A DNA stretch of 63,296 nucleotides, filler included, from Octopus bimaculoides (GCF_001194135.2; 5 parts of 5 records of this genome joined end to end with filler, not necessarily neighbours in it); one strand, 5' to 3'. Positions 13,609 to 25,669 are shown, counted from the whole stretch's first letter. Notes: a model not told the origin generated them from the sequence alone. Numbers and translations: made by a program.

Positions 13609-13805
13609 TTCAAATTTCGGCACCAGGCCAGCAAATTCAGTGAAGTGGGGTAAGTCGATTGCATCGTTTCCAGTGTTCAACTGGTACTTATTTTATCGAC
13701 CCCGAAAAGATGAAAGGCAAAGTCGACCATGAACTCAGAACTTAAAGACGGGCGAAATGCCGCTAAGCATTGTGCTCGGCGTGCTAACGATTCTGCCAGC
13801 TTCCT
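13609..13805 (-). mobile_element. tRNA-headed SINE (ggcggcgagctggcagaa family)
   Basis: Reverse complement of the head and body of the copies at 13949 and 40490. Confidence 0.8.
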
Positions 13806-13948
13806 GTCATCACAAATAATTACAATATTACTAATGAAAAAATCTAGCTACGAAAATGAGAAGGTAATGCTTTTCAAATGCCATCCTCAGTTTTCTCCGA
13901 AAATATGTTTTTCAATATAGTTTGCAATATAGTTTTCAATATAGCTTA

Positions 13949-14185
13949 GAGCGGCGAGCTGGCAGAATCGTTAGCACGCCGGGCGAAATGCTAAGCGGTA
14001 TTTCGTCTGCCGTTACGTTCCCAGTTCAAATTCTGCTGAGGTCGACTTTGCTTTTCATCCTCCATTCGGGGTCGATTAAATAAGTTCCAGTTACGCACTG
14101 GGGTCGATGTAATTGACTTAGTCCCTTTGTCTGTCCTTGTTTGTTCCCTCTATGTTTAGCCCCCAGTGGGCAATAACGAAATAAA
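13949..14185 (+). mobile_element. tRNA-headed SINE (ggcggcgagctggcagaa family), full length
   Basis: gagctggcagaatcgttagcacgccgggcgaaatgc...gttcaaattc...ggggtcgat...ttgtctgtccttgtttg...; nearly colinear with 40490-40722. Confidence 0.85.
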
Positions 14186-14619
14186 TATAGTTTGCAAACA
14201 TAGTCAACCTGAAAGTGTAGCTAACATTCATACAAGATCTTCCAATGCAGCCACAGTAAAGAATATCAACAAACTACACAGATGAACTGAATATAAGGAG
14301 TAAAACAATTATGAAAATTAGTGAACCATAGCTGCTCTGTGGGACTTTAATTATTTTAGTAAAAACTTCCATTGCACGTTTGCGCCGGTACACTTAATTA
14401 TACAATATCAGCCGTCTCATATTCAGATGATCGTGACACCTCTTTACATCAGTGGATTTAAGTGACAATGCTCGTACAACAGTTTTACCACTTCTCGGCC
14501 GTCATAGTGGGTTCCAGTGACAAGCATTGTAAAATGACTGATGTTGTCTTAGCTGCAAGTTTTATGAGTATGTCAGAGAATCTAAAAGAGCTGCATTCTC
14601 TAGAGCGTTGTCAGAAATA

Positions 14620-14965
14620 ACAGGGGATCTATTTAACCCATAGATGGGATCCTGATTGTTACTAACCTCCCGGGTCAGAACGGACCTGGAAATAATGGTA
14701 ATTAAGGGGTGACTGCCTTCTTCCCACAGCTCAAGATCTTCCGAACTGGAGCGTCACAACCGAAAAAGTTCCATATCATATGCAGGGCAATCTATTATCC
14801 ATAGATGGGCTTGACATGTACTAACATCCCGGGTCAGAATGGACATGGGTGTAATGATAATTAAGGGGTGACCCAACGCTTCTCACAACTCCAGACGTCT
14901 CAGACGCAAACATCTCAGACTGGAGTCTTACTACTGGATTGAGTTTAATGTTATATCCAAGACAT
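14620..14965 (+). repeat. Two diverged tandem copies (~190-bp period) of an interspersed repeat fragment
   Basis: ccatagatggg...ctaac.tcccgggtcagaa.ggac..gg..taatg.taattaaggggtgac occurs at ~14638 and again at ~14799. Confidence 0.6.
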
Positions 14966-15828
14966 GTATACGTCCAATCATTTAAGCCATAACCATTAAT
15001 CCGGCAATTATGTACATACATACATACATGAATACTTGAATACATACATACACATGCAGAGAAACACCTCTGTGTGTGTGTGTAGTTTTCATATTAACAT
15101 TCCATTTGAGAAGCACAGCACATCCCTCCAGTCACTCCTCAAAACTCTGGTTAGCACATGTCAGTCAGGTAGTAAAGGCTGCAAGCGCCTCAATCTACGT
15201 TTGGCATATATGGAGAAAGGGAAGATGTGAGTGGCTCATTACGACCTTTCTCTTAGTGTAACAACAGAATTCGTATGAGAAAGAGGAAGATAAAAAAAAA
15301 ACCGAAAAATAGAGAAACACCTACAGTGAAAGGAATCGACTATAGGTGACTGTTGTGCGGTGATGTTATTTTTATCAAATGAAGTGCTGACTTTTTTCAG
15401 GGAATAATACAGATATTAACTATATTTGTTATTTTATTAAATTTAATCCTTTAATTCCGTAAACAATCGTATGTTCTTTTCCATTAAGTCTGTATTAAAA
15501 TGTTGCTTGCCATGGACAATGTTCTTTTGCACATGATGCTGAAGAAATAAAACTGTTGAAGATAATGAAGATTGTTATGAAAATATGAAAGCGCAAACTA
15601 TTTCCAAACAATAATTTAACAATGAATCAAATATCGATGTGCTAATAACAAATCACATCTCGATATTATTTCTAGTGGTTTTGCTACTAAATTGGCATTC
15701 ATTAATATTTTGAAGAGGAAGAAAAGAAATTTAGTTTCATATAATTATTAGATGTGCCTGATCACATATATATATGCATCTACACACATACGTCCGTGCA
15801 CACACACACACATATATATAAACACATA

Positions 15829-15859
<31 letters not shown>

Positions 15860-17689
15860 NNNNNNNNNNNNNNNNNNNNNNNNNNNNNNNNNNNNNNNNN
15901 NNNNNNNNNNNNNNNNNNNNNNNNNNNNNNNNNNNNNNNNNNNNNNNNNNNNNNNNNNNNNNNNNNNNNNNNNNNNNNNNNNNNNNNNNNNNNNNNNNNN
16001 NNNNNNNNNNNNNNNNNNNNNNNNNNNNNNNNNNNNNNNNNNNNNNNNNNNNNNNNNNNNNNNNNNNNNNNNNNNNNNNNNNNNNNNNNNNNNNNNNNNN
16101 NNNNNNNNNNNNNNNNNNNNNNNNNNNNNNNNNNNNNNNNNNNNNNNNNNNNNNNNNNNNNNNNNNNNNNNNNNNNNNNNNNNNNNNNNNNNNNNNNNNN
16201 NNNNNNNNNNNNNNNNNNNNNNNNNNNNNNNNNNNNNNNNNNNNNNNNNNNNNNNNNNNNNNNNNNNNNNNNNNNNNNNNNNNNNNNNNNNNNNNNNNNN
16301 NNNNNNNNNNNNNNNNNNNNNNNNNNNNNNNNNNNNNNNNNNNNNNNNNNNNNNNNNNNNNNNNNNNNNNNNNNNNNNNNNNNNNNNNNNNNNNNNNNNN
16401 NNNNNNNNNNNNNNNNNNNNNNNNNNNNNNNNNNTATATACATATATATAAGTATATATACTCAAACCCACATACGCGTACATATACCCGTACATATTTT
16501 TTCCAGTTATATACACGTGTCTCTATGTATGTATGTAATGATATGCGACGAAATATTACTGTTATTCTCACTGATTATATTTTTAATTCAAATCTTAAAT
16601 CAAACAGTAATTATCTAGATCGATTTTGATAACACTGTTCAGCAGAAATATTTTGCATAAATGCGTAGGCGTCCATTGTAATTCTATTGTAATTTTCATG
16701 ACTGAAAGAAATAGTTTTTCCTTGTCTGTAGTTAAACGAATCTTCTCTTCGTGAATAGATTAAAACAAATATCTTATTCAGTTTAGCAAAAATTCTTGAA
16801 TTTATTCCGAATTGTCTCATCCAAAAAGTATTATGAAAATTAAAAAGATTTACTTGTATGCATAATCTCAGCATAGTCATATATAATATATTGAAAAATG
16901 TTATTTTGCTTTTCTGGGTTTTTTTTCTGTGAAATAGCAAAATAAATATTTGCAATTATGCAACTGGAAGAAAGATTTCGCTGAATGCTCCTTATGTACA
17001 TACGCTTCTCCGCGTATGTATATATACATATATATATGAGTGTGTGTGTGTGTGTGTGTGTATGTGTGTGTGTGTGTGTGTGTATGTGTGTGTGTGTGTG
17101 TGTGTGTAAATACACAGTAATGAATGAAGAAATTTGTTTGGACATTTGTTTGTATATGTTAACACTTTAATTAAGCTTCTCATTGTTTAAAGTTTCGCAG
17201 GTGTGTTCGTAACCAGATGCTAGAATACAAACTAGAAAGAATTTCAAAGAAATCTAAAATGGCTTCCATTTGGGAATTTTTAAATCCTCATTCATTGTTT
17301 TCGCTATCTTACTGAACTGAGTTCTGTTAGTAGTAAGTCTATACAGAGGAGTAGAGATTTGTGTTCCTCACTCTGACAACCTCAAACACGACGCGATATA
17401 TCAGTGACATTAATTGTATTAAATACAGCACGTTAGACAAATTGTGAGCCGGTTAGTCCTTATTTCAGTCGCAACAATTACACGTGATGAGGCAACCGAT
17501 TGATGATGTTAGAATACGTATGAGTTTAGGTGGCGGACACAGAATATAGTAGGCTTAAATCTCTTTTGACAGCCACCATTATATACCCTTCCATTGAGTT
17601 TGAGCTAACAAGATAAGTTATCGGTTGCCAATAGATTGAAGTAATTCAACTATGCGTACAAAAATCCAGGTGAAACTTCTGTTTTAAGG

Positions 17690-18260
17690 CGTTAAGATGG
17701 GAACAAAATGTGGGTGTGTAAATGCAAAAATAAGTTCGTATCCTTTCTGGAAACAGGTGTAAAAAGAAGTATTTTGTGTGTGGTGGAGTGGCGTGTGTGT
17801 ATAGGGATGCACAAAAGTGGAAGTATAGTTGTGTTGGTGAGAGCAGGTGTTGGTTGGCGTGTAGTCATTTTGTGGTTGGTGTGAACGCGTAAGGAGGTGA
17901 GACGGTGTGGTAGCGGGAGAGAATAAAGATATCGGTAAAATAGTTGAGATGGTAGGATCAATAGGAAAGTTGTTTTTCATGTTTTCACAAAGGCAAAGGG
18001 GTTTACAGGAGAAAAAAAGTTTGAGAAAAAAAGTAATATGTGTAAATTCTGTGGAGTGAGGTAAGGACAAAGACATTGGTAAAATTTTCACAACATTGAT
18101 AAAAGATCTGGAAAAGAAGGTAGAGTCTCCAGAGAATACTAAGAAACTGGTAAAGTTCACGAAAGAAGAGAAATAACTGCGTTGATGAAGCTGGCAAATT
18201 CCTCCGACAATAACTCCAAACGTGATGCATGTTGTGTAAAAAGAAAATGTTGGCGGGGAG
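17690..18260 (-). mobile_element. Highly decayed Penelope-like element fragment
   Basis: Minus-strand LSEEFASFINAV...ETLPSFPDLLSM resembles the PLE RT segment (FISFxN..HP....LPFLD). Weak match. Confidence 0.3.
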
Positions 18261-18501
18261 ATTTTAAAAAAATGAGTAACTTCTGTTTGTGTGCCTGTTT
18301 CTTATAACACCTATGAAAATAATTATTCGAGTTGCCCTTTAGCCGACAATGTCACTATTCCATTCAATAAATAAATATCGAAGAAATAAGTACTCTGGTC
18401 AATATTTCACTATTTTAATTGATTTAACTTTGTCTCATTCGTTATGGGGTTTTAAAATTATGATTGGAAGGAATCCTCTCCTTTACGGCAACATATCTAA
18501 A

Positions 18502-19278
18502 TTAACGAATGCAAAACATGTTCGAACTTAACAACGAATGCAAAACATGTTCAAACTTAATAACGAATGCAAAACATGTTCAAACTTAATAACGAATGCA
18601 AAACATGTTCGAACTTAACAACGAATGCAAAACATGTTCGAACTTAACAACGAATGCAAAACATGTTCGAACTTAACAACGAATGCAAAACATGTTCAAA
18701 CTTAATAACGAATGCAAAACATGTTCAAACATAACAACGAATGCAAAACATGTTCGAACTTAACAACGAATGCAAAACATGTTCGAATTTAACAACGAAT
18801 GCAAAACATGCTCAAACTTAATAACGAATGCAAAACATGTTCAAACATAACAACGAATGCAAAACATGTTCAAACATAACAACGAATGCAAAACATGTTC
18901 AAACTTAATAACGAATGCAAAACATGTTCGAACTTAACAACGAATGCAAAACATGTTCAAACTTAATAACGAATGCAAAACATGTTCGAACTTAACAACG
19001 AATGCAAAGCATGTTCAAACTAAATAACGAATGCAAAACATGTTCGAACTTAACAACGAATGCAAAACATGTTCGAACTTAACAACGAATGCAAAACATG
19101 TTCAAACTTAATAACGAATGCAAAACATGTTCAAACATAACAACGAATGCAGAACATGTTCAAACTTAACAACGAATGCAAAACATGTTCAAACTTAATA
19201 ACGAATGCAAAACATGTTCGAACTTAACAACGAATGCAAAACATGTTCAAACTTAATAACGAATGCAAAACATGTTCA
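18502..19278. repeat. 29-bp minisatellite, ~27 copies, running into a gap
   Basis: Unit aacgaatgcaaaacatgttc(g/a)aac(t/a)taa(c/t); unit starts at 18504, 18533 and 18562 give a period of 29. Confidence 0.95.
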
Positions 19279-19378
19279 NNNNNNNNNNNNNNNNNNNNNN
19301 NNNNNNNNNNNNNNNNNNNNNNTTAATTAATTAANNNNNNNNNNNNNNNNNNNNNNNNNNNNNNNNNNNNNNNNNNNN

Positions 19379-19560
19379 TTGAATGCTGGGATGTATGTTG
19401 TTAAGTATGGATTTGAATTCTAGAAGTTTCTCATAGGATTCCTTCCATATGATGAAACAATCATCGAAGTATCTTTTCCAGTTATCCATTAAATAGATGT
19501 GGAAAAGGTGTCCAAATTTCTGGCGTGAGATTTCATATAGTGATAATTCAAAAAAACCCA
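19379..19560 (-). mobile_element. Penelope-like reverse transcriptase fragment (catalytic YxDD region)
   Basis: MGFFELSLYEI...WKRYFDDCFIIWKESYEKLLEFKSILNNIHPSIQ matches the PLE RT motif RY.DD.F.IW....LN..HP.I. Confidence 0.75.
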
Positions 19561-20548
19561 TTATCCGGCGAATATGGTGGGTGGGGCATCGTTTCCAATT
19601 CAAACTGCTCTAGCCTTTGGAATGTCATCCTCGCTGTATGTGGCTGGGCATCATCCTGATGGAAGAACACCTTTCGCCTTGAAACCAAAGATGGGTGTTT
19701 TTCTTCTAGCACTGACTTAAGCCGCTCAAGCTGCTCGCAGTAGATCTTTGTCATCGTTTGGTTAGGGTTTAGATGTTCAAAGTGGACTAAACCTTTCGTA
19801 TACCCACCAAAACAGATAGAGTTCTTTAGCATGGGATGCCGGTGATTCTCCTTTCCCTACCCTCTATTTTCGGCACTTGACATTTTTATAGGGGACCCAT
19901 TTGCCGTCACCAGTCACTATTTGGTCCAAAAAAGATTCATTCGTGAGACGTGACAGCAAAGAAGAGCTCACATCCCCTCTCTGCGTGTGATTAGACTCGG
20001 AAAATTTGTGAGGAACCCATTGACCAAATTTGCTGACTTCTCCGACGGCACGCAGCTGTCGATAAATAGTTGAAAAACCAAATCCAAACTTCTTTGCTAG
20101 TTCCTCAACAGTTACGATGTGATATTGTTCCACAAGGGTTTGCAGGACGTCCTCGTCGAGTTCTACAGATCTTCCAGGACGAGGATCGGATTCTAGGCTG
20201 TAGTTTCGGGTTCGGAATTTCTGGAACCACCGCTGACACTGGCTTATACTTATTGTCTGACCCCCAAATACTGCATTAATATTTCTTGCACTTTCTGCTG
20301 CGTTGCTGATTTTATTGAATTCATAAAGCAAAATATACCGAATATGCTCCTTTGTCACTTCCAATATAGCTTTGAAAAAATAACTGTTAAAATCGAACAG
20401 TACGCCTCAAAATTTACCCTAAGAATAAGTACAAGGTAGAATTACTACCTGCTTTCTTAGCAAGTTAATGCAAGTAGTTTATCCCGACCCCTCCGACTTT
20501 TAGTTCATGCAATTGAAAAAACGGCATTATTTATGTGATGACCCAATA
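19556..20548 (-). mobile_element. Mariner transposon, 3'-truncated, pseudogenised transposase
   Basis: 5' ITR tattgggtcatcacataaataatgccg ends at 20548. ORF MEVTKEHIRYILLYEF...CQRWFQKFR...DPRPGRS...GQWVPH...VTGDGKW, then HQDDAQPH and PHPPYSPD. There is an in-frame stop at 19864 and a frameshift; the third catalytic Asp and 3' ITR are absent. Confidence 0.9.
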
Positions 20549-21968
20549 TGTGTATGTGTGTGTGTATACATATACATGNNNNNNNNNNNNNNNNNNNNNN
20601 NNNNNNNNNNNNNNNNNNNNNNNNNNNNNNNNNNNNNNNNNNNNNNNNNNNNNNNNNNNNNNNNNNNNNNNNNNNNNNNNNNNNNNNNNNNNNNNNNNNN
20701 NNNNNNNNNNNNNNNNNNNNNNNNNNNNNNNNNNNNNNNNNNNNNNNNNNNNNNNNNNNNNNNNNNNNNNNNNNNNNNNNNNNNNNNNNNNNNNNNNNNN
20801 NNNNNNNNNNNNNNNNNNNNNNNNNNNNNNNNNNNNNNNNNNNNNNNNNNNNNNNNNNNNNNNNNNNNNNNNNNNNNNNNNNNNNNNNNNNNNNNNNNNN
20901 NNNNNNNNNNNNNNNNNNNNNNNNNNNNNNNNNNNNNNNNNNNNNNNNNNNNNNNNNNNNNNNNNNNNNNNNNNNNNNNNNNNNNNNNNNNNNNNNNNNN
21001 NNNNNNNNNNNNNNNNNNNNNNNNNNNNNNNNNNNNNNNNNNNNNNNNNNNNNNNNNNNNNNNNNNNNNNNNNNNNNNNNNNNNNNNNNNNNNNNNNNNN
21101 NNNNNNNNNNNNNNNNNNNNNNNNNNNNNNNNNNNNNNNNNNNNNNNNNNNNNNNNNNNNNNNNNNNNNNNNNNNNNNNNNNNNNNNNNNNNNNNNNNNN
21201 NNNNNNNNNNNNNNNNNNNNNNNNNNNNNNNNNNNNNNNNNNNNNNNNNNNNNNNNNNNNNNNNNNNNNNNNNNNNNTATATATGTGTGCGTGTGTGTGC
21301 GCGCGCGCGCGCGCGTGTGTGTTAAATAAGGTGAGACAACAAAGCCAAGGCTGTGTGGGGTTTTCAGGGCATTATAAAGAGAAAGTTAGTCATACAGTTG
21401 TTTCTGGGATATTAGGGATACGCCTTCATTAAAGACGATGTGATATGATTAAATGGAGGGAAATATTAGGGTTCAATTTGAGGAGTTATTTGGGAAAAGG
21501 AAGCAAATAAGGAGTGTATAGGGAAATAAAATGAATGTAGAAAAAAGTAAAAATATATGTGGGATGTTATAGTTACAGTTCCATTATCCAAGGAAAGTGG
21601 TGTGTAGAAGTGGTAGAAATGCTTCCTGTCTATGATATGTAAATTCCAATAGCAGTTCATATCTTGTTATCACAAATGGCAAGTGTGGAGACGTAGATTC
21701 CATGTGCTGTTCATTCAAAGGGGTCTTGTGGTGTGAATGAAAATTTGAGAATGTAGTGGTAGTATTAGGTGGATAGAGAGGGGAGAAGAGATGTGTATAT
21801 TAAAATGAAGAGAGAGGTCAAAGGAAAAGGTGAGAAAAAAATATGCCGTGGGGAATAGAAAACTCATTGTTTTGGACAGTGTCGTTTTCTCCTTTCAAAT
21901 TTTAGTTCAAGAACGACTCTTTCCGAAACGTTGGTTTTTCTCACTTCACGGCAAGTTCACTATACTCT

Positions 21969-22015
21969 TTATCTGGCCATCGAAAAAAGTAGCATTTTTT
22001 TCGATGGCCAGATAA
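21969..22015. repeat. Perfect 20-bp hairpin with a 7-nt loop
   Basis: ttatctggccatcgaaaaaa-gtagcat-ttttttcgatggccagataa. Confidence 0.85.
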
Positions 22016-22420
22016 CTGAAGAGAGGATGACGGTATGGGTTTCTATCCCGACATCCGAAACTCGGAGTTTTATCATGGCTACCAAATAATTGCCACATAT
22101 TATTTACAGATAAATTCCTCTATTTACATAATATCGAGGTCTCTTTCTTTCTTTTGTTGTCTTACCTTTTCTATCAATATATATATATATATATATATAT
22201 ACACACGTGTGTGTGTGCGTGCGTGCGTGTGTAATGTAATGTAATGGCGTTTATCAGGAATATCAACGATATGGCTGCGGTAAAATACCTCAAAAGGTAT
22301 TTGCATACTAAATCCAAGTACAGTAGAATCTCACTTAATAAACTGAGATGAGGAACTACAATCGTCCGAGATTATCCAAGAAATTAAGACAAGAGAGATT
22401 TCTGCAGTAGTGATACGATG

Positions 22421-22946
22421 AAGTAGTTGTATGTTGTCAACTTAATGTGACAGTTCCCTGAAGGGAATAATACTACTGTTGGTTAGACCTAAGATGCTGC
22501 CTGTCGGACTTGACACATTTCCTGTGTCCTTATGTTTACAAGGGGGAGACAAGCACCTCCACCCAGCTAAGCCTGCATCCAGAGACATGTTTCTGAGTCT
22601 TTGCTCGTCATGCTACTCCAGACTGCATAAATCTCTCTGAGAGATTTAGAAATATATCATTTCCAAAATATGAAATCAATGAATGTATTTCACTAGAATG
22701 ATTATATGTTTACAAGAGCTTGACTGGCATCTTCGACTAGCAGGTCATGCTAATCCAGACTGATGACGAGCAAAGACTCAGAAGCATGTCTCTGGATGCA
22801 GGCTTAACTGGGTGGAGGTGCTTGTCTCCCCCTTGTAAACATAAGGACACAGGAAATGTGTCAAGGCAGCTTCCTAGGTCTAACCAACAGTAGTATTATT
22901 CCCTTCAGGGGACTGTCACATTAAGCTGACAGCATATAAAAACTTT
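22421..22946. mobile_element. Non-coding foldback element with ~190-bp inverted arms carrying hammerhead motifs (copy 1)
   Basis: 22421-22611 is the near-perfect reverse complement of ~22763-22946. The element is colinear and homologous with 53546-54080. Confidence 0.85.
22753..22797 (+). ncRNA. Minimal type I hammerhead ribozyme-like motif
   Basis: atccaga-CTGATGA-c-gag-caaaga-ctc-a-GAAG-c-at-GTC-tctggat: 7-bp stem I, 3-bp stem II, and a GUC site. Deviations are GAAG instead of GAAA and a C/A mismatch at the base of stem II. Confidence 0.6.
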
Positions 22947-24330
22947 AGAGTAGTTTAAAATCTAAAGCCAACAAGCATGGGAGATAATCCTATTAAGATC
23001 TTTTGGTCAACATTTTGGATATTAAAAGCATTTGCTTACTGAAGTCCATCTGATCTTTAAATCAACGGGTCTAACTATGAAATGAGTGTCTAATTAAGTT
23101 TGTTTGGAACTAAATATTTTAACTTGATTTTAATATGTTAAATATTTGTACATGTCTTCGATTTTGTCCCACAGTTTGATCTAACTTGTTTCATTGTATT
23201 AAGGATTTAGATCATGTCTTGGATTATGAGCCATCATTTTAAGATTGCCAAAATCGTAATACTGAAATACATAATTGCGCCAAGTAATGACTATCATTAT
23301 CCCTTCAATTCAAAGCCCCGTTCTTTTTTTTCCTGACTTCATCGTGATATGAAATCAGAACCCCAAACGAACCTCTTGGTTTGAGCGCCACCATATCCAT
23401 TATGCCAAAGCATCGCCGCCTACCAAAACTTTTTTTTTTTATATGAATACCGTTATATCTTTGTATTAGTGTCAGCTATTTCAATTTAACATTGGCGATA
23501 ACCTTGGCTATTTAGCTCGTTTTCTTATATTGGTCCGTGTGATTTCGAAATAACTAATAAGACACGTTGACAAAGAGGTTGTAAGGTTGTATCTTTTGAC
23601 ATTGCTGGAATTACGTTCCGTTCCTCTTAGGCTTTGACACCCATTTTATTTATATTTTATTTCATTTCATTTTATTTATATATTCTTTTATTTCTTTTTT
23701 ACATGAAACTTTCAAATGTCTTGTTTATCAAACCAAATCCTTCGAAATAGCCTTCATATTAACGATTGCCTTACGCAAATCTGTTTATTTCTATCTTCAC
23801 GTTGTTAATGGCATTCACACTTCCTATAAATACAAGGGACAAATTGTAACATATTTTGTCTTGTTTCCTAGTCCTCTAGGTTATTTACATCGTAAATCAA
23901 TGATTTTTGGCACTTTATATTTCATATTATACTGTAGAAAGAAACATTATTACTATAATTCGAAATTTCTCTCCCCCACTCCCACTTTCTTACACTAACA
24001 CACTAATACACACATCTTCAGAAGCATTAATAAACATACACAAAAGTACGCACGCACACACTTACAGACGCGCGCACGTACACACGCACACACACCGACA
24101 CACGCACGCATACGTGTACGCATGCAAGTATGAAAAACATTAAAAAGCGAAACCAATTCTTAGTCACACATACTCACACAAATATACAAATATATGCTTG
24201 AGTGTATGTATGTAAACACACACTCATACACACAAAAATACACATATATACACATACATGGACATATATAGATATACATGCATATGCACACATACATACA
24301 TACATACATATGGGTTATATGTATGCATAC

Positions 24331-24365
<35 letters not shown>

Positions 24366-24762
24366 TGGGTTATATGTATGCATACATATATATATGCATA
24401 TATATNNNNNNNNNNNNNNNNNNNNNNNNNNNNNNNNNNNNNNNNNNNNNNNNNNNNNNNNNNNNNNNNNNNNNNNNNNNNNNNNNNNNNNNNNNNNNNN
24501 NNNNNNNNNNNNNNNNNNNNNNNNNNNNNNNNNNNNNNNNNNNNNNNNNNNNNNNNNNNNNNNNNNNNNNNNNNNNNNNNNNNNNNNNNNNNNNNNNNNN
24601 NNNNNNNNNNNNNNNNNNNNNNNNNNNNNNNNNNNNNNNNNNNNNNNNNNNNNNNNNNNNNNNNNNNNNNNNNNNNNNNNNNNNNNNNNNNNNNNNNNNN
24701 NNNNNNNNNNNNNNNNNNNNNNNNNNNNNNNNNNNNNNNNNNNNNNNNNNNNNNNNNNNNNN

Positions 24763-24794
<32 letters not shown>

Positions 24795-25669
24795 GCATGT
24801 ATTTCGCTGCATACATGTTTGTGTGTGTGTCTGTGTATGCATATACTTATATACTGGGAGGGGTGCATTTATTGACCTGTAAAGCTCACTTCAATAGAAG
24901 TTTCTTCAATCAATAACCTTAGAAATATATGTGTATTGAAGATCTTCTTTGCCACGTTAGATGAGAATGCAAACTGAGTAAAGCAACGGATCATAGAAAA
25001 TATTGACAGGAGGTATATTTTAAATTTATATATTAGTTTGCGATGTTAGTTTTGTCTACGTGCTTCGTCTACTTCATTTGATATAGACGCTCTCTGCTTC
25101 AATAGAAATGTTTTCTGTGGGGTCCTATTTATTTTTATTTTGCTAATATTATTATTGTTGTTTTTTTCTTATTCTCCTTGCTTTTGTTTTTTTTTTCTTG
25201 GCACGGAACACTTAAGCTATCAAAAGGAATATAGTATATCTTCGATAGAATCCTATTTATTTATTTTTTAAATACACTGTTACGCTCAAATGGGATTAAA
25301 TTTATCAACGTTACGAGATCTATATCCTTTTACAACTTTTACGGCATGCTATTTCGCTGTGTTTGTATCTCTTTTATTTCTTCTTATTACATTTAGTATC
25401 TTTGAATAATACGACTGGCAAGTATTTCTAATAACTGTTTACTCAGGGAAAATAAAAGATATATCTGAACAGTACTAAAAAGAATATAACAGCTCATAGT
25501 GATATAAAACAGACTCATAAAAACTACTTGGCTTTTGCTGTTTCTTAATTTCAATGTGTCTAGAGAGAAACCATAGCATTTTTTTTCCTATCCAACGGAT
25601 TTGTTTTCTCAGTCAATGAACAAGTTAGAAATAGCCCTGGACACTACCAATGGTGATAGGTTGAAGGAG

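Noticed and set aside
16611-16955. 114-aa ORF and possible PLE RT remnant (also weak PLE-like signal at 21330-21800)
   Set aside because: Only vague motif resemblance and no diagnostic residues; not supportable without a search.
18502-19278. CRISPR-like array (29-bp, partly palindromic repeat)
   Set aside because: The units are contiguous with no unique spacers, there are no cas genes, and the context is eukaryotic.
19323-19334. TTAATTAATTAA embedded in N runs (also 33188-33199, 50416-50427, 61531-61542)
   Set aside because: Identical 44N+12+44N = 100-bp structure with stops in all six frames. It is an artificial scaffold spacer, not biology.
22430-22936. Reading the foldback as a TA-flanked Tc1/mariner MITE
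   Set aside because: The apparent TA lies inside the arm. Arm homology extends about 10 bp further (aaagtagttg) in both copies, so no TA target duplication is supported.
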